Positions 28,506 through 38,051 of a DNA stretch of 64,000 bases are shown piece after piece. The notes beneath the pieces are model-generated. The model had not been told where the DNA came from, ran no database searches, and saw nothing but the letters and a program-made list of their open reading frames with translations. Source of the DNA: Chlamydiota bacterium (GTDB lineage: Bacteria; Chlamydiota; Chlamydiia; Chlamydiales; JACKPQ01); NCBI GenBank assembly GCA_021772435.1, contig JAJFLZ010000048.1, positions 15,449 through 79,448 on the forward strand, in the 5' to 3' direction. Position 1 is the stretch's first letter, and every line of letters starts with the position of its first letter. A program made the translations under genes and the position numbers.

Positions 28506-29884
28506 AAAAAGTCCTTATTGCCAATCGCGGCGAAATAGCCGTTCGTATCATCCGCGCCTGTCACGACCTAGGGTTGCAAACCGTTGCTGTTTACTCCAAA
28601 GCAGACAGCGAAGCGCTTCACGTCTTGCATGCCGATGAGGCGATTTGTATTGGTGATGGGCCAGCTATCAACTCATACCTGCGTATTCCTAACATCCTTT
28701 CAGCTTGTGAAATCACTGGTGCAGATGCTATCCACCCAGGCTACGGATTTTTGAGTGAAAATGCGCACTTTGCCTCTATTTGCGAGAGCTGCGGCTTAAC
28801 GTTTATTGGTCCCTCATCGCAGGCAATTGCCATGCTTGGTAACAAAGCAAAAGCTAAACAGACGGCTAAAAAAGCTAAATGTCAGACTATTCCAGGGACT
28901 GAGGGTATCGTATCCACTTTTGAAGAAGGACTCAAAGAAGCCAAAAAAATTGGCTATCCGGTCTTCATCAAAGCCTCTGCCGGTGGTGGAGGTAAAGGGA
29001 TACGCGTAGCTTTTGATGAAGACGATTTCAAGCGCAAATTCACAGCTGCTAGAACAGAAGCTGAAGCCTCATTCAACAACCCAGACGTCTACTTAGAAAA
29101 AATGATTGTCAATCCGCGCCATGTCGAGGTTCAAGTTGTTGGAGACAAGCACGGCAACTACATCTATCTCGGTGAGCGCGACTGCACGATGCAGCGCAGA
29201 AGGCAAAAACTCATCGAAGAAACACCTAGTCCTGTTGTCACAAGCTCGATGCGTAAAAAAATGGGTGAGGCTGCTGTTCGCATCCTAGAAGCGTCCAAAT
29301 ACTCCTCTGCAGGAACAGTTGAATTCTTACTCGATGAAGATAAACATTTTTACTTCATGGAAGCTAACACACGCATCCAAGTTGAGCATACGATTACAGA
29401 AGAGCTCACAGGCATTGACTTGGTTAAACTGCAAATTAAAATTGCGATGGGTGAAAAATTATCCATCAAGCAAAAAGAAGTGCACTATCAAGGTCATGTC
29501 ATTCAATTTAGGATTAATGCTGAAAATCCAAGACAGAACTTCATGCCATCTCCTGGTAGATTAGAATACTTTATTCCGCCTTGTGGTCCAGATGTACGCG
29601 TAGATACAGCATGCTACTCTGGCTACTCCATACCGCCCTACTACGATTCCATGATCGCTAAACTCATCGTGCGCGGAAAAACCAGGAACGAGGCGATTGC
29701 AAATGCTAAAAGTGCCCTAAAAACATTTCACATAGGGCCCATTCACACCACCATTCCATTTCACCTATTTATGCTTGAGCATAAGCCATTTGTGGAAGGA
29801 GTGGACTACACGATAGGATACGTCGACGAGATGCTTGAAAACGGCTGCAGTTTTGAGCTAGAACCCGTCGGATCTCTTACGTGA
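28502..29884 (+). CDS. accC: biotin carboxylase AccC
   Basis: KVLIANRGEIAVRIIRAC, GGGGKGIR and EMNTRIQVEH-like (EANTRIQVEHT) motifs. Confidence 0.95.
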   Translation: MKKVLIANRGEIAVRIIRACHDLGLQTVAVYSKADSEALHVLHADEAICIGDGPAINSYLRIPNILSACEITGADAIHPGYGFLSENAHFASICESCGLTFIGPSSQAIAMLGNKAKAKQTAKKAKCQTIPGTEGIVSTFEEGLKEAKKIGYPVFIKASAGGGGKGIRVAFDEDDFKRKFTAARTEAEASFNNPDVYLEKMIVNPRHVEVQVVGDKHGNYIYLGERDCTMQRRRQKLIEETPSPVVTSSMRKKMGEAAVRILEASKYSSAGTVEFLLDEDKHFYFMEANTRIQVEHTITEELTGIDLVKLQIKIAMGEKLSIKQKEVHYQGHVIQFRINAENPRQNFMPSPGRLEYFIPPCGPDVRVDTACYSGYSIPPYYDSMIAKLIVRGKTRNEAIANAKSALKTFHIGPIHTTIPFHLFMLEHKPFVEGVDYTIGYVDEMLENGCSFELEPVGSLT

Positions 29885-30765
29885 AAGGTATTATATTAGC
29901 AGGGGGCACTGGCTCGCGGCTTTTTCCTGTTACCTTTGCAACATGCAAACAGCTGCTTCCTATCTACGATAAGCCCATGATCTACTTTCCTCTAGCTGTG
30001 CTCATGCAAGCGTACATTCGCGAAATTCTCATTATCTGCCTACCCAAAGATATCCCGCGTTTTCAAGATTTGCTAGCTGATGGATCGCACCTTGGTCTCA
30101 ATATCACCTATGCAGCCCAGCCAGAAGCTAACGGCATCGCAGAATCTTTTATTATCGCTGAAAACTTTATCGGAAGCGATCCGGTAGCTCTTGTTCTCGG
30201 TGACAACCTATTTTATGGCCATAACATCGAAGAAATCTTAGCGCCGTGTCAAAAACATACTGACGGTGCAATCGTATTTGGCTATCACGTGCAAGATCCC
30301 GAGCGTTACGGTGTTGTGGCTTTCGATGAGAAGCGCAACGTCACAAACATCGTCGAAAAGCCGCTCAAAGCGCCCTCATCCTACGCGGTTACAGGCTTAT
30401 ACTTTTATGATGCAAACGTAGTAGATATTGCCAAACAGCTCAAACCCTCACCACGTGGAGAGCTAGAAATTACCGATGTCAACAAAGTCTACCTAGCGCA
30501 AAACAAACTCAAAGTGATCTTACTTGAAAAAGGCTTTGCTTGGCTTGATAGTGGGACACATGCTGCTCTTAGCCAAGCTTCAACCTACGTACAAACCATT
30601 CAAGAGCGTCAAGGCATCCAAATTGCCTGCGTTGAAGAAATTGCCTACAAACAAGGTTTTATCGATCATTCAAAACTACAAGCACTCGCTGGATTGCATG
30701 CCTCAAGCGCTTATGGTGCCTATCTGCAAAGCATAGCAACACCATGCAACCCAGTTCTAAACTAG
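29881..30765 (+). CDS. rfbA: glucose-1-phosphate thymidylyltransferase
   Basis: KGIILAGGTGSRLFPVT...KQLLPIYDKPMIYFPL. GTG start overlapping the accC stop (GTGA). Confidence 0.9.
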   Translation: MKGIILAGGTGSRLFPVTFATCKQLLPIYDKPMIYFPLAVLMQAYIREILIICLPKDIPRFQDLLADGSHLGLNITYAAQPEANGIAESFIIAENFIGSDPVALVLGDNLFYGHNIEEILAPCQKHTDGAIVFGYHVQDPERYGVVAFDEKRNVTNIVEKPLKAPSSYAVTGLYFYDANVVDIAKQLKPSPRGELEITDVNKVYLAQNKLKVILLEKGFAWLDSGTHAALSQASTYVQTIQERQGIQIACVEEIAYKQGFIDHSKLQALAGLHASSAYGAYLQSIATPCNPVLN

Positions 30766-30875
30766 TCCTTGCACTAAATTTACAAAAACTTTACGCTCTA
30801 GACCGTTAAAGTTGACTCACACAGCAATTTTCCTTGAATTGGAATACATCGTATTACATAACATTGGGGAATGTG

Positions 30876-31661
30876 ATGATAAAGTGGGTTATTTTAATCT
30901 TAACGACCATATCTTTGCGCGCTGATCACATCGATCGGTATCTAACATTTTTAAAAAGCTACTACTTGGGTCCGTCAGGATCCTCTCTGGATGGAGAAAT
31001 TCAAATTATACTTGATCCAAAAGAAATTACTGCTATTGAGCAGACTGTCAAAGTAAGCCTTAGAGAAAAGGGGCATTCAGAAGCAGAAGCAAGCGAATTC
31101 AGTCAAGTGGGTATTATTGCTGAAGATCAATACTGGATCTGGGTGCGTGATGCTGTCATTTTTCCTAGTGGCCACAGAGGAACATATAATCGCATGCTAT
31201 GGAAATCTCATCTAGATGGTCCACCAGCATGTGCTGTCATTCCCATCTTTGCAGATGGGCGCATTGGTGTCATTGTGACCTACCGTCATGCTACGCGCAG
31301 CTGGCAACTGCAACTACCTGCGGGCTTACGCAGCCCGGGTGAATCGCCTGAAATAGCAGCTAGACGCGAACTAAAAGAAGAAACGGGTTGCGATCCCAAA
31401 TCACTTGAATACATTGGTACCTTAGCTCCCGACAGCGGCGTGTCAGCAAGCTTAGTTCCCGTTTATCTTGGACGTATCGAACAAACAACACTATCCCTAC
31501 CAGACAAGTCAGAAGCGATCGAAAAAATGATTCTACTGACTGCTAAAGAGTTAAAAGATGCAATCACAATAGGCGAGCTCGATGTGACTATACGCGGCAA
31601 AAACCACAAAATCCCCTGTAACGACCCAGCCTTAGCGTATGCTCTGCAACATCTTCCTTGA
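30876..31661 (+). CDS. Nudix hydrolase with N-terminal signal/anchor
   Basis: Nudix box GLRSPGESPEIAARRELKEETG. N-terminus MIKWVILILTTISLRA. The track ORF starts at a TTG at 30834. Confidence 0.8.
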   Translation: MIKWVILILTTISLRADHIDRYLTFLKSYYLGPSGSSLDGEIQIILDPKEITAIEQTVKVSLREKGHSEAEASEFSQVGIIAEDQYWIWVRDAVIFPSGHRGTYNRMLWKSHLDGPPACAVIPIFADGRIGVIVTYRHATRSWQLQLPAGLRSPGESPEIAARRELKEETGCDPKSLEYIGTLAPDSGVSASLVPVYLGRIEQTTLSLPDKSEAIEKMILLTAKELKDAITIGELDVTIRGKNHKIPCNDPALAYALQHLP

Positions 31662-31723
31662 AATTTTATGCATCTCTAGTGTAGCCTGGCCGTGTTTGCA
31701 TAAATCTTTACACAGGGTGTTAG

Positions 31724-32479
31724 ATGAAAAAAATATTGTTTATTCTAGGAATGCTAGCTTTTACACATTCAGTATTTTCAGAAAATCTCTACTTAATCTC
31801 ATTTCCCAGGTCAGGGTCATCATGGATGATGTACATCATTCAGTATCTCACACGGCAACCCTGGGATGTAGGAGTTAATAAGCCACAAATTTTTCCACCA
31901 CTAAAAAAAGAGGTAGACACAGGCTTGCCTTTGCATTACAGATCACATTCATCGTCGGGTTTACAGGTGTTGAGGAACACTAAACGGCCATACAAACCTC
32001 ATAAGGAAGGAGATAAGCTGATTTTAATGCTTAGAAACTACCGAGAATGCACGTTACGTCACTTTAGCTATGACAAAACCAAGGTTCACAACCAATTGCA
32101 TGCTAATAATAAATCACCCTCTAACTATTTCAACTTAATTAGCACATACGAGCTCTGGAATCCTGAAAATCGATTGCTAGTATATTACGAAGATTTGATG
32201 AAAAATCCCAAACAAGAAATCATGCGTGTTTCGAAATTTATTGGATCAGATACTGATAGAACAGAGAACTTTTTAAGTCATTTAAAACAACACGCTGACG
32301 CTTCCTTTGCTCAAAAAAGAACACCAACAGATTCAAAAGGTAAAGATTTAAATTTTCACTCAAAAAAAATTAGCCCTAATGATTTGAAGAAAATGGACAC
32401 AGTGGTAAGAGCAAACTATCCAGAGTATTGGGATAAATATTTAAATCGCTACTCTGTTGAAAATACGATGAAAAATTAA
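31724..32479 (+). CDS. sulfotransferase-fold protein with signal peptide (canonical 5'-PSB loop)
   Basis: MKKILFILGMLAFTHSVFS followed by SFPRSGSSW (PAPS 5'-phosphosulfate-binding loop), LMLRNYRECTL and LLVYYEDLMKNP. Confidence 0.8.
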   Translation: MKKILFILGMLAFTHSVFSENLYLISFPRSGSSWMMYIIQYLTRQPWDVGVNKPQIFPPLKKEVDTGLPLHYRSHSSSGLQVLRNTKRPYKPHKEGDKLILMLRNYRECTLRHFSYDKTKVHNQLHANNKSPSNYFNLISTYELWNPENRLLVYYEDLMKNPKQEIMRVSKFIGSDTDRTENFLSHLKQHADASFAQKRTPTDSKGKDLNFHSKKISPNDLKKMDTVVRANYPEYWDKYLNRYSVENTMKN

Positions 32480-33354
32480 CTTTTGAACCGTTCAAAATAT
32501 TTCCAGAGATGGGGGTATTTTTTAGCAAAGAGCTGATCAATTGTCTGTAGTGATTCAGTCGAAACGTTTTTCGTATAAAAAACTGTTTGCCCTTTAGACT
32601 TCGTATTGGCAAAACCTTTAATGACTTTATTCGTTTTGTACAAATGAAGGCAATTTGCTTTGTGCGTATCTAAATCTTGCATATAATCATGGACTGATTG
32701 TGAATCCTCGCCTAGCCAAGCTAACATCGATTCAAACGTTTCTTGTGGTCTAACCAATAAGTCTTCGTAGTAAACTAATAAACGATTTTCAGGAGACCAA
32801 GACTCATATAAATTTAAGTTATTAACTAAGTTTTGCAAAAAAACATTTCTTTTAGGCTTGCTTAAGATCTCAATCAATTGATTCGGAGAAATTCTTAGCG
32901 AGCTAAAGCATTCTTTAAAATTTCGTAAAACAATTAAAAGCTTGTCATTTTCTTTATTCAGAGGAAGCTTAGCATTGTTGAATCTTTCGATAGAATGTGC
33001 AAAGTAGATACGGTCCTTTGTCTGATCAATACCTGCATTATAGTGATAAAATCTATGCCAGTCTCGAATCGGGATATGTTTCTCAGGACCGTAAAAATTG
33101 CAGTCACCTATTTCCCGCTTTGTCATAGTATGGAGGCTGTATAGTGACCACATAGAGCCTGAATGTTGGACGGTTAAGATGTATGTTTCAGCACGTAAAG
33201 AAGTAAAAACACAAAATGTAACACATAGGATCCAAAGAAAAATCTTCATAGCAAAGCTCCTGATTAAGGGAGGAAGATAATGGATGATTTTCAAATAGTC
33301 AAGTGAAAGATTCCTAACGGTTATGCAACCGCTTATGAACAAAAATAAGATCAC
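32476..33354 (-). CDS. sulfotransferase-like paralog with signal peptide (variant PSB loop QHSGSMW)
   Basis: The likely start is the ATG at 33249, after AGGAGC (MKIFLWILCVTFCVFTSLRA). Motifs: LTVQHSGSMW, IVLRNFKECF, LLVYYEDLLVRP. Its stop shares TTAA with the convergent gene 31724..32479. Confidence 0.7.
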   Translation of the reverse strand: MILFLFISGCITVRNLSLDYLKIIHYLPPLIRSFAMKIFLWILCVTFCVFTSLRAETYILTVQHSGSMWSLYSLHTMTKREIGDCNFYGPEKHIPIRDWHRFYHYNAGIDQTKDRIYFAHSIERFNNAKLPLNKENDKLLIVLRNFKECFSSLRISPNQLIEILSKPKRNVFLQNLVNNLNLYESWSPENRLLVYYEDLLVRPQETFESMLAWLGEDSQSVHDYMQDLDTHKANCLHLYKTNKVIKGFANTKSKGQTVFYTKNVSTESLQTIDQLFAKKYPHLWKYFERFKS

Positions 33355-34003
33355 TCTTTAGTTTTTTCACGCACGTAAACCCGTGCTTAGACAGCAGGTT
33401 ATTAATACGTTTGTCTTCATAATTATCTTCCACAGAAATGACATCAATTGTGATTTCAGAAAAATCAATACTCTTTAAAATATCTAATTCACCACCTTCG
33501 GTATCCAGGCTTAGAAAATCTATATGTGAAATACCCTGTTCTGCCAATGTGTCATTCAATAGAAAGCATTTGACTCTGAGCAATTCTTTTGAATCGTCAT
33601 TTGTCGTAAATTCATATCCAATTCTTTTTCGATGCTCTTTGCTGTAATTTTGGACAATCCCTGACAACATCTCCCCATAGCCTTTGATGTGTAAAAAATC
33701 GCGCGTGCCTTTTTTATTACTGACACAGCCTTGAATGCATGAGCATGTACGGTTTAGAGTCAGCTTTTCAAATACCGAAGGAATGGGTTCAAAACAGATT
33801 CCGGTCCAATTAAGCTCCTTTTCGAAAAAATAGGTGTTGCTAAGATGAACGCCGTCGTAAGCACCGATATCTACAAAAGTGCCTTCTTTTTTATCAGGAA
33901 AGTATCTTTGATGAACAAATTTATCTTGTCCGTACTGACTATAATAAGTTGCGAAGCAACACAGATTACAAAGAAAAATGGCCAATATCAAAAGTCTTTT
34001 CAT
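33314..34003 (-). CDS. FkbM-family SAM-dependent methyltransferase with signal peptide
   Basis: MKRLLILAIFLCNLCCFA followed by FVDIGAYDGVHLSNTYFFEKELNWTGICFEPIPSVFEKLTLNR. Confidence 0.75.
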   Translation of the reverse strand: MKRLLILAIFLCNLCCFATYYSQYGQDKFVHQRYFPDKKEGTFVDIGAYDGVHLSNTYFFEKELNWTGICFEPIPSVFEKLTLNRTCSCIQGCVSNKKGTRDFLHIKGYGEMLSGIVQNYSKEHRKRIGYEFTTNDDSKELLRVKCFLLNDTLAEQGISHIDFLSLDTEGGELDILKSIDFSEITIDVISVEDNYEDKRINNLLSKHGFTCVKKLKSDLIFVHKRLHNR

Positions 34004-34135
34004 AATCTTACTCTTTTATGTGCTGAAAATTATCATAACCACTTGATTAAACCCAAGTAAATTCAAAATATGGTTTTTAGATACCTCAGCTCTCGTACAA
34101 ATTTTTGCACTTCACTTCGGGTCTTCTTATTGTGC

Positions 34136-34993
34136 TTATTTGACAAATTTCGCGATCCGTTTTGGGTTCCACGAACCAGCCCACAGGTGAGCTGAATGCG
34201 TTTCAGGCTTTAAATAGGGTCGAATAGCCTTGATATTGTTATCATGGTCCCATATTTGATCCCGTAGATTGCAATGCAATGGATAAAAGTATGCACAGGG
34301 GTAAATAACTGTGCGGTCTTGAGCATGTACAATATAATCACTTATCATATGAGTAATGAAAGAAGGGCCTGTTGTTCTTTGAACTGTATGAAGATTAAAA
34401 TTGCGTAATTTAGAGAGTTGTTGCAGGCAGCGAGATAAGATAGGATGTTTGGGAGAACTTCCAATTAAAGCATTACCGATCACTCCATTTTCCATTCCAG
34501 CATAAAAATCATTGGCGTAATGAAAACAATCATGAGGTTTTAAACAAATAAAATCTGTATCAACGTATAAACCACCGAATCGATTTAAGATCTCTAATCT
34601 AAAAATATCTGATTTTTGACCTAAGTTAGTAGCTTTGTGAATTAGCTCCTTTGTGACCAGCGGAAAAGATCCAATATCTTGATCAGACCATAAGCGATAT
34701 TCCCAATCTGGATGTTGTTTTCTCCATGAGAGTGTTAAGTTTTTAAAAACAGCTGGGATTGGTTTTCCAAGCCAAATTTGATGGATAATTTTAGGAATAC
34801 GCACTGTATCTCTTTCAATGTTTTCGTAACGATAATGTTCATAAGCTTGTTCAAAATAAGTGTTTTTGGCTCCTTTAAGCGTACACCGCGCGCATTGGTT
34901 AAATGGAGGGTACGCTTGAGCTGAAGAGCCGCAAAACGACAAAAGCAGCCATGTGAACTTTAAGTGCTTTTTGAACAGATTAATTATCATCAA
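34136..34993 (-). CDS. GT32-family DXD glycosyltransferase with signal peptide
   Basis: WLLLSFCGSSAQA, then IPKIIHQIWLGKPIP and SDIFRLEILNRFGGLYVDTDF. Confidence 0.8.
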   Translation of the reverse strand: MMIINLFKKHLKFTWLLLSFCGSSAQAYPPFNQCARCTLKGAKNTYFEQAYEHYRYENIERDTVRIPKIIHQIWLGKPIPAVFKNLTLSWRKQHPDWEYRLWSDQDIGSFPLVTKELIHKATNLGQKSDIFRLEILNRFGGLYVDTDFICLKPHDCFHYANDFYAGMENGVIGNALIGSSPKHPILSRCLQQLSKLRNFNLHTVQRTTGPSFITHMISDYIVHAQDRTVIYPCAYFYPLHCNLRDQIWDHDNNIKAIRPYLKPETHSAHLWAGSWNPKRIAKFVK

Positions 34994-34995
34994 AT

Positions 34996-35811
34996 TTATG
35001 ATTCAAACCGTTCAAAATACTTCCATAATTGAGGGAAGCGCGATTTAAACAGGTAGTCCATTTTTTTTAAAGTATTTAAATCAACGGGTTTAGTATGGGA
35101 AATGGGGTCCCCCTTTGACTTTGTGTTACCCATGCCTTTGCTAAATCTCTCTTTATAAAGATTAAAGCACGTAGATTTATGTTTATTGTAATCTTTCATA
35201 AAGCTTGTAACGACCTCTGGACGTTCATGCAACCAATTCGAAATTTTTTCAAATTCAACGCTAGGATTAGTCATTAAATCTTCATAATAAATCAAGAGTC
35301 GATTATCTGGGTTCCAGCTGTCATATAACTTTAAATTGGTAACTAAATTACTCAAAAAAATGTCTAAATTTTTTGCCGACAACATATCAATTACAGCTTG
35401 AGGGCTTCTCTTAAGCGAAAGAAAGCATTCTTTAAAATTCCGAAGCACAATTAGCAATTTATCTGTATGATGTCTCAGAGGAAGGTTTGCTAAGGTAAAA
35501 CGATTGGAAGAATGAGAAAAATAAATGGGTGGTTTTTCGGAATTAATCGTGCTTTGATAATTAAAAAATTTGTGCCAATCACGTATCAGTTTTCGGGGTT
35601 CTGCGCGATTTGGATTACAATCGCAAATGCGCTGCTGTGTCATTGTGTGTAAGCTATACAGAGTCCACATTGACCCAGAGTGTTGAACAGTCAACATGTA
35701 TGTATGTGGCGGGGGTTGACCCCACAACGCAGCTAGATTTACAATAAATAAAACGAGTAAATATTTCATGAGCACTCCTAAATTGCGTACCGCGTCAGAT
35801 ACTTTTTCCAA
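34996..35811 (-). CDS. sulfotransferase-like paralog with signal peptide (variant PSB loop QHSGSMW)
   Basis: The likely start is the ATG at 35769, after AGGAG (MKYLLVLFIVNLAALWG). Motifs: LTVQHSGSMW, IVLRNFKECF, LLIYYEDLMTNP. It is a close paralog of 32476..33249. Confidence 0.7.
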   Translation of the reverse strand: MEKVSDAVRNLGVLMKYLLVLFIVNLAALWGQPPPHTYMLTVQHSGSMWTLYSLHTMTQQRICDCNPNRAEPRKLIRDWHKFFNYQSTINSEKPPIYFSHSSNRFTLANLPLRHHTDKLLIVLRNFKECFLSLKRSPQAVIDMLSAKNLDIFLSNLVTNLKLYDSWNPDNRLLIYYEDLMTNPSVEFEKISNWLHERPEVVTSFMKDYNKHKSTCFNLYKERFSKGMGNTKSKGDPISHTKPVDLNTLKKMDYLFKSRFPQLWKYFERFES

Positions 35812-36572
35812 AGGCCGGGATGGAAAGTTTGCATGGTCTTATCTAAATGGGATAGGTCCTTTTTGGAATACTTTTGAGAGTGGTAATATTCATTTGATCC
35901 TTGTGACATAGACCCACCAAATCTGCCTTGCCTTTTATTGTAGAGTTGAATGGAAAGCTTTTTGTAACGCTGGAAATTGTCCATTACATGTTGGACATCT
36001 TTTTGCGCATCTCCTAAAAACTGGCCTAAATCATGTAAAACAGTTGTTGGATCTTTGATTAGATCCTCATAATAAACTAGGTGACGGTTTGATGGTTCCC
36101 AGGCGTCATATTGTTTTAATATATCAAAATAAATGCTTCTGTAGGATTGATCATTAAAACGTGATAAATGAACTTTTTCCACGTTAATGGTTTTTTTGTG
36201 AGCTTTTGCTTCTCGTATGAAGCATTCTTTGTAGTCACGAATGATCACAATTAGTTTGTTGCAATCTGATGGAGCGCCATCTATCCAGTGAGGGTTATGC
36301 ATCACAAAGCAGGGAGTGTTCTTGTCGTCAATCGCTAAGTTTAACGGGTTTTCTAGACCGAATGTTCCACAGAGAGGGTAAATGGGGCGTTTACCAATAA
36401 TTTGTATTAAGCATTTCAGCCAATTCTGGCCGCTTCTTGGAAATGAAGCAAGAAAAACGACATTTGATGCACATTCTGGATGATGACTGATCATGACTGC
36501 TTCAGGATTTATATGGGGGGGCGTTGAATATAGAGCATTAAATAATAAAGCAAAAACGATCAGATATTTCAT
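35778..36572 (-). CDS. sulfotransferase-fold protein with signal peptide (canonical 5'-PSB loop)
   Basis: MKYLIVFALLFNALYS, SFPRSGQNW, VIIRDYKECF and LVYYEDLIKDP. Confidence 0.8.
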   Translation of the reverse strand: MKYLIVFALLFNALYSTPPHINPEAVMISHHPECASNVVFLASFPRSGQNWLKCLIQIIGKRPIYPLCGTFGLENPLNLAIDDKNTPCFVMHNPHWIDGAPSDCNKLIVIIRDYKECFIREAKAHKKTINVEKVHLSRFNDQSYRSIYFDILKQYDAWEPSNRHLVYYEDLIKDPTTVLHDLGQFLGDAQKDVQHVMDNFQRYKKLSIQLYNKRQGRFGGSMSQGSNEYYHSQKYSKKDLSHLDKTMQTFHPGLWKKYLTRYAI

Positions 36573-36624
36573 CGGAAACCCTTTTTTCCGTAAAGACTAC
36601 ACAAAACGAGCGTGATGTGTCAAT

Positions 36625-37542
36625 TTATTTTGAAGAAAAAAGGCTTTTTTTGCGGCGTTTTTTTTGGGTGGAAGGTTTTTTGCCGCGCGATCTGCTGTAG
36701 ACAACTTCGTGCAAGTTTTCAACAGCCATGAAGGCATTGGTGTCTTCTCGCAAGACGATCTCTTTGAGTTCGGCCAGATCAAGGCGCTCCACAATCACGC
36801 GTAAGATTTCTTGAGCTTCACCTGAATAACCGCCCCGACCATACATGACCGTCAGACCCAGTCCCATCTCGTCGGTAATGATTTTCGTCAATTTTTTTGG
36901 AATCGTAGTGATAATCGTCACAGATTTGAGCTCGTCGAGGCCTACAATGACAAGGTCCATCATTTTGAAAGCAACGATGTAGGTTAAAAGTGAGTCCAGA
37001 GCAATTTCCCAATCGAGAAAAATCAAACCGTAGGCTGCGAAAATAAAGATATTAATGAATAAAACGACTTGACCGACAGTAAATCCAAGCTTTCTGTTCA
37101 TGATAATGGCTAAAATTTCGGTGCCATCTAAACATCCACCATGACGTATAATCAAGCCAGCTCCAATCCCCAAAATACCACCGCCGATCACAATCACTTC
37201 AAATGAACCACTTTTAAAAGGAGGAGCCCATTGCAGAGCAAAAAGGAAAATGGCAAAGAGGACAACAGCTGAGAGCATGTAGAAGACGAAATTTTTTCGG
37301 ATAAAGCGGTAGGCCAGATAAACAAAGGGCAAGTTGAGGACAAGCAAGGCTATCGACATGATTTTATCACCAAAAAGGCGTGATAGAATCAGAGATATAC
37401 CGATGATACCACCGTCGATTAGGTCATTGGGGTAGAGGAAAACGCGGATGGAAATAGCAGCTAGAAAAGCACCTATGGCTATCCATAAAAAAGATAGAGC
37501 AAGTTGTCCTGGGGACTTTGAAGTGATTTGAGGCATTCCCAT
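36625..37542 (-). CDS. YitT-family membrane protein (DUF2179 C-terminal domain)
   Basis: Five to six TM segments, with the pattern FLYPNDLIDGGIIGISLIL and a soluble C-domain. Confidence 0.7.
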   Translation of the reverse strand: MGMPQITSKSPGQLALSFLWIAIGAFLAAISIRVFLYPNDLIDGGIIGISLILSRLFGDKIMSIALLVLNLPFVYLAYRFIRKNFVFYMLSAVVLFAIFLFALQWAPPFKSGSFEVIVIGGGILGIGAGLIIRHGGCLDGTEILAIIMNRKLGFTVGQVVLFINIFIFAAYGLIFLDWEIALDSLLTYIVAFKMMDLVIVGLDELKSVTIITTIPKKLTKIITDEMGLGLTVMYGRGGYSGEAQEILRVIVERLDLAELKEIVLREDTNAFMAVENLHEVVYSRSRGKKPSTQKKRRKKSLFSSK

Positions 37543-37586
37543 CTTAAGACTTGTATAACATAGATTGGGAATATGCGCACTTAAAA

Positions 37587-37663
37587 TGGCGCGGGAGACG
37601 AGACTCGAACTCGCAACTTCCAGCGTGACAGGCTGGTGCTCTAACCAGTTGAACTACTCCCGC
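37587..37663 (-). tRNA. tRNA-Asp (GTC), CCA encoded
   Basis: I folded it by hand. The acceptor stem is GCGGGAG/CTCCCGC, the anticodon loop is CTGTCAC, the T-loop is GTTCGAGTC, and the 3' end is GCCA. Confidence 0.9.
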
Positions 37664-37674
37664 AACTGGATTTT

Positions 37675-37747
37675 TGGGCGCAAAAGGACTCGAACCTATG
37701 ACCGCCTGTGTGTAAGACAGGAGCTCTACCAACTGAGCTATACGCCC
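37675..37747 (-). tRNA. tRNA-Val (TAC)
   Basis: Acceptor GGGCGTA/TGCGCCC, D-arm GCTCAGTTGGTAGAGC, anticodon loop CTTACAC and T-loop GGTTCGAGTCC. No CCA is encoded. Confidence 0.9.
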
Positions 37748-38051
37748 GCCATAGGAGTGTGATTATATTAGAAGCTGCTTATTTTCCACAACAGAATTTT
37801 TGTAACGGATTTTAGGTTTGGCTTATTTCGGCTTCAGATAGAGTGTTATTATCTGCAAATTCTGCTTCAAGCTCTTCAATTGTTGGAAGGGTTTCTTTGA
37901 ATTCTTGGGAAAAATAATTCTTATGTGGAGGAAATTCTGGCTACTTTGAATAGATTTAGAAAACCAAGATTGAAAACTGAGCTGTAACCTATTAAAGGTA
38001 GCGGGTAGTTCCTGCTTTTTAGAAAAAAATGAGGGAGTCTCTTACGCGCAA

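Noticed and set aside
30813-30819. Isolated TGACTCA heptamer upstream of the Nudix/sulfotransferase island (also a single copy near 15711).
   Set aside because: A few single occurrences of a 7-mer are expected by chance in 64 kb. Only the two dense arrays are statistically meaningful.
37544-37762. ORFs 37544..37732 (-) and 37565..37762 (+).
   Set aside because: They are translations across the tRNA-Asp and tRNA-Val genes, which fold into canonical cloverleaves.
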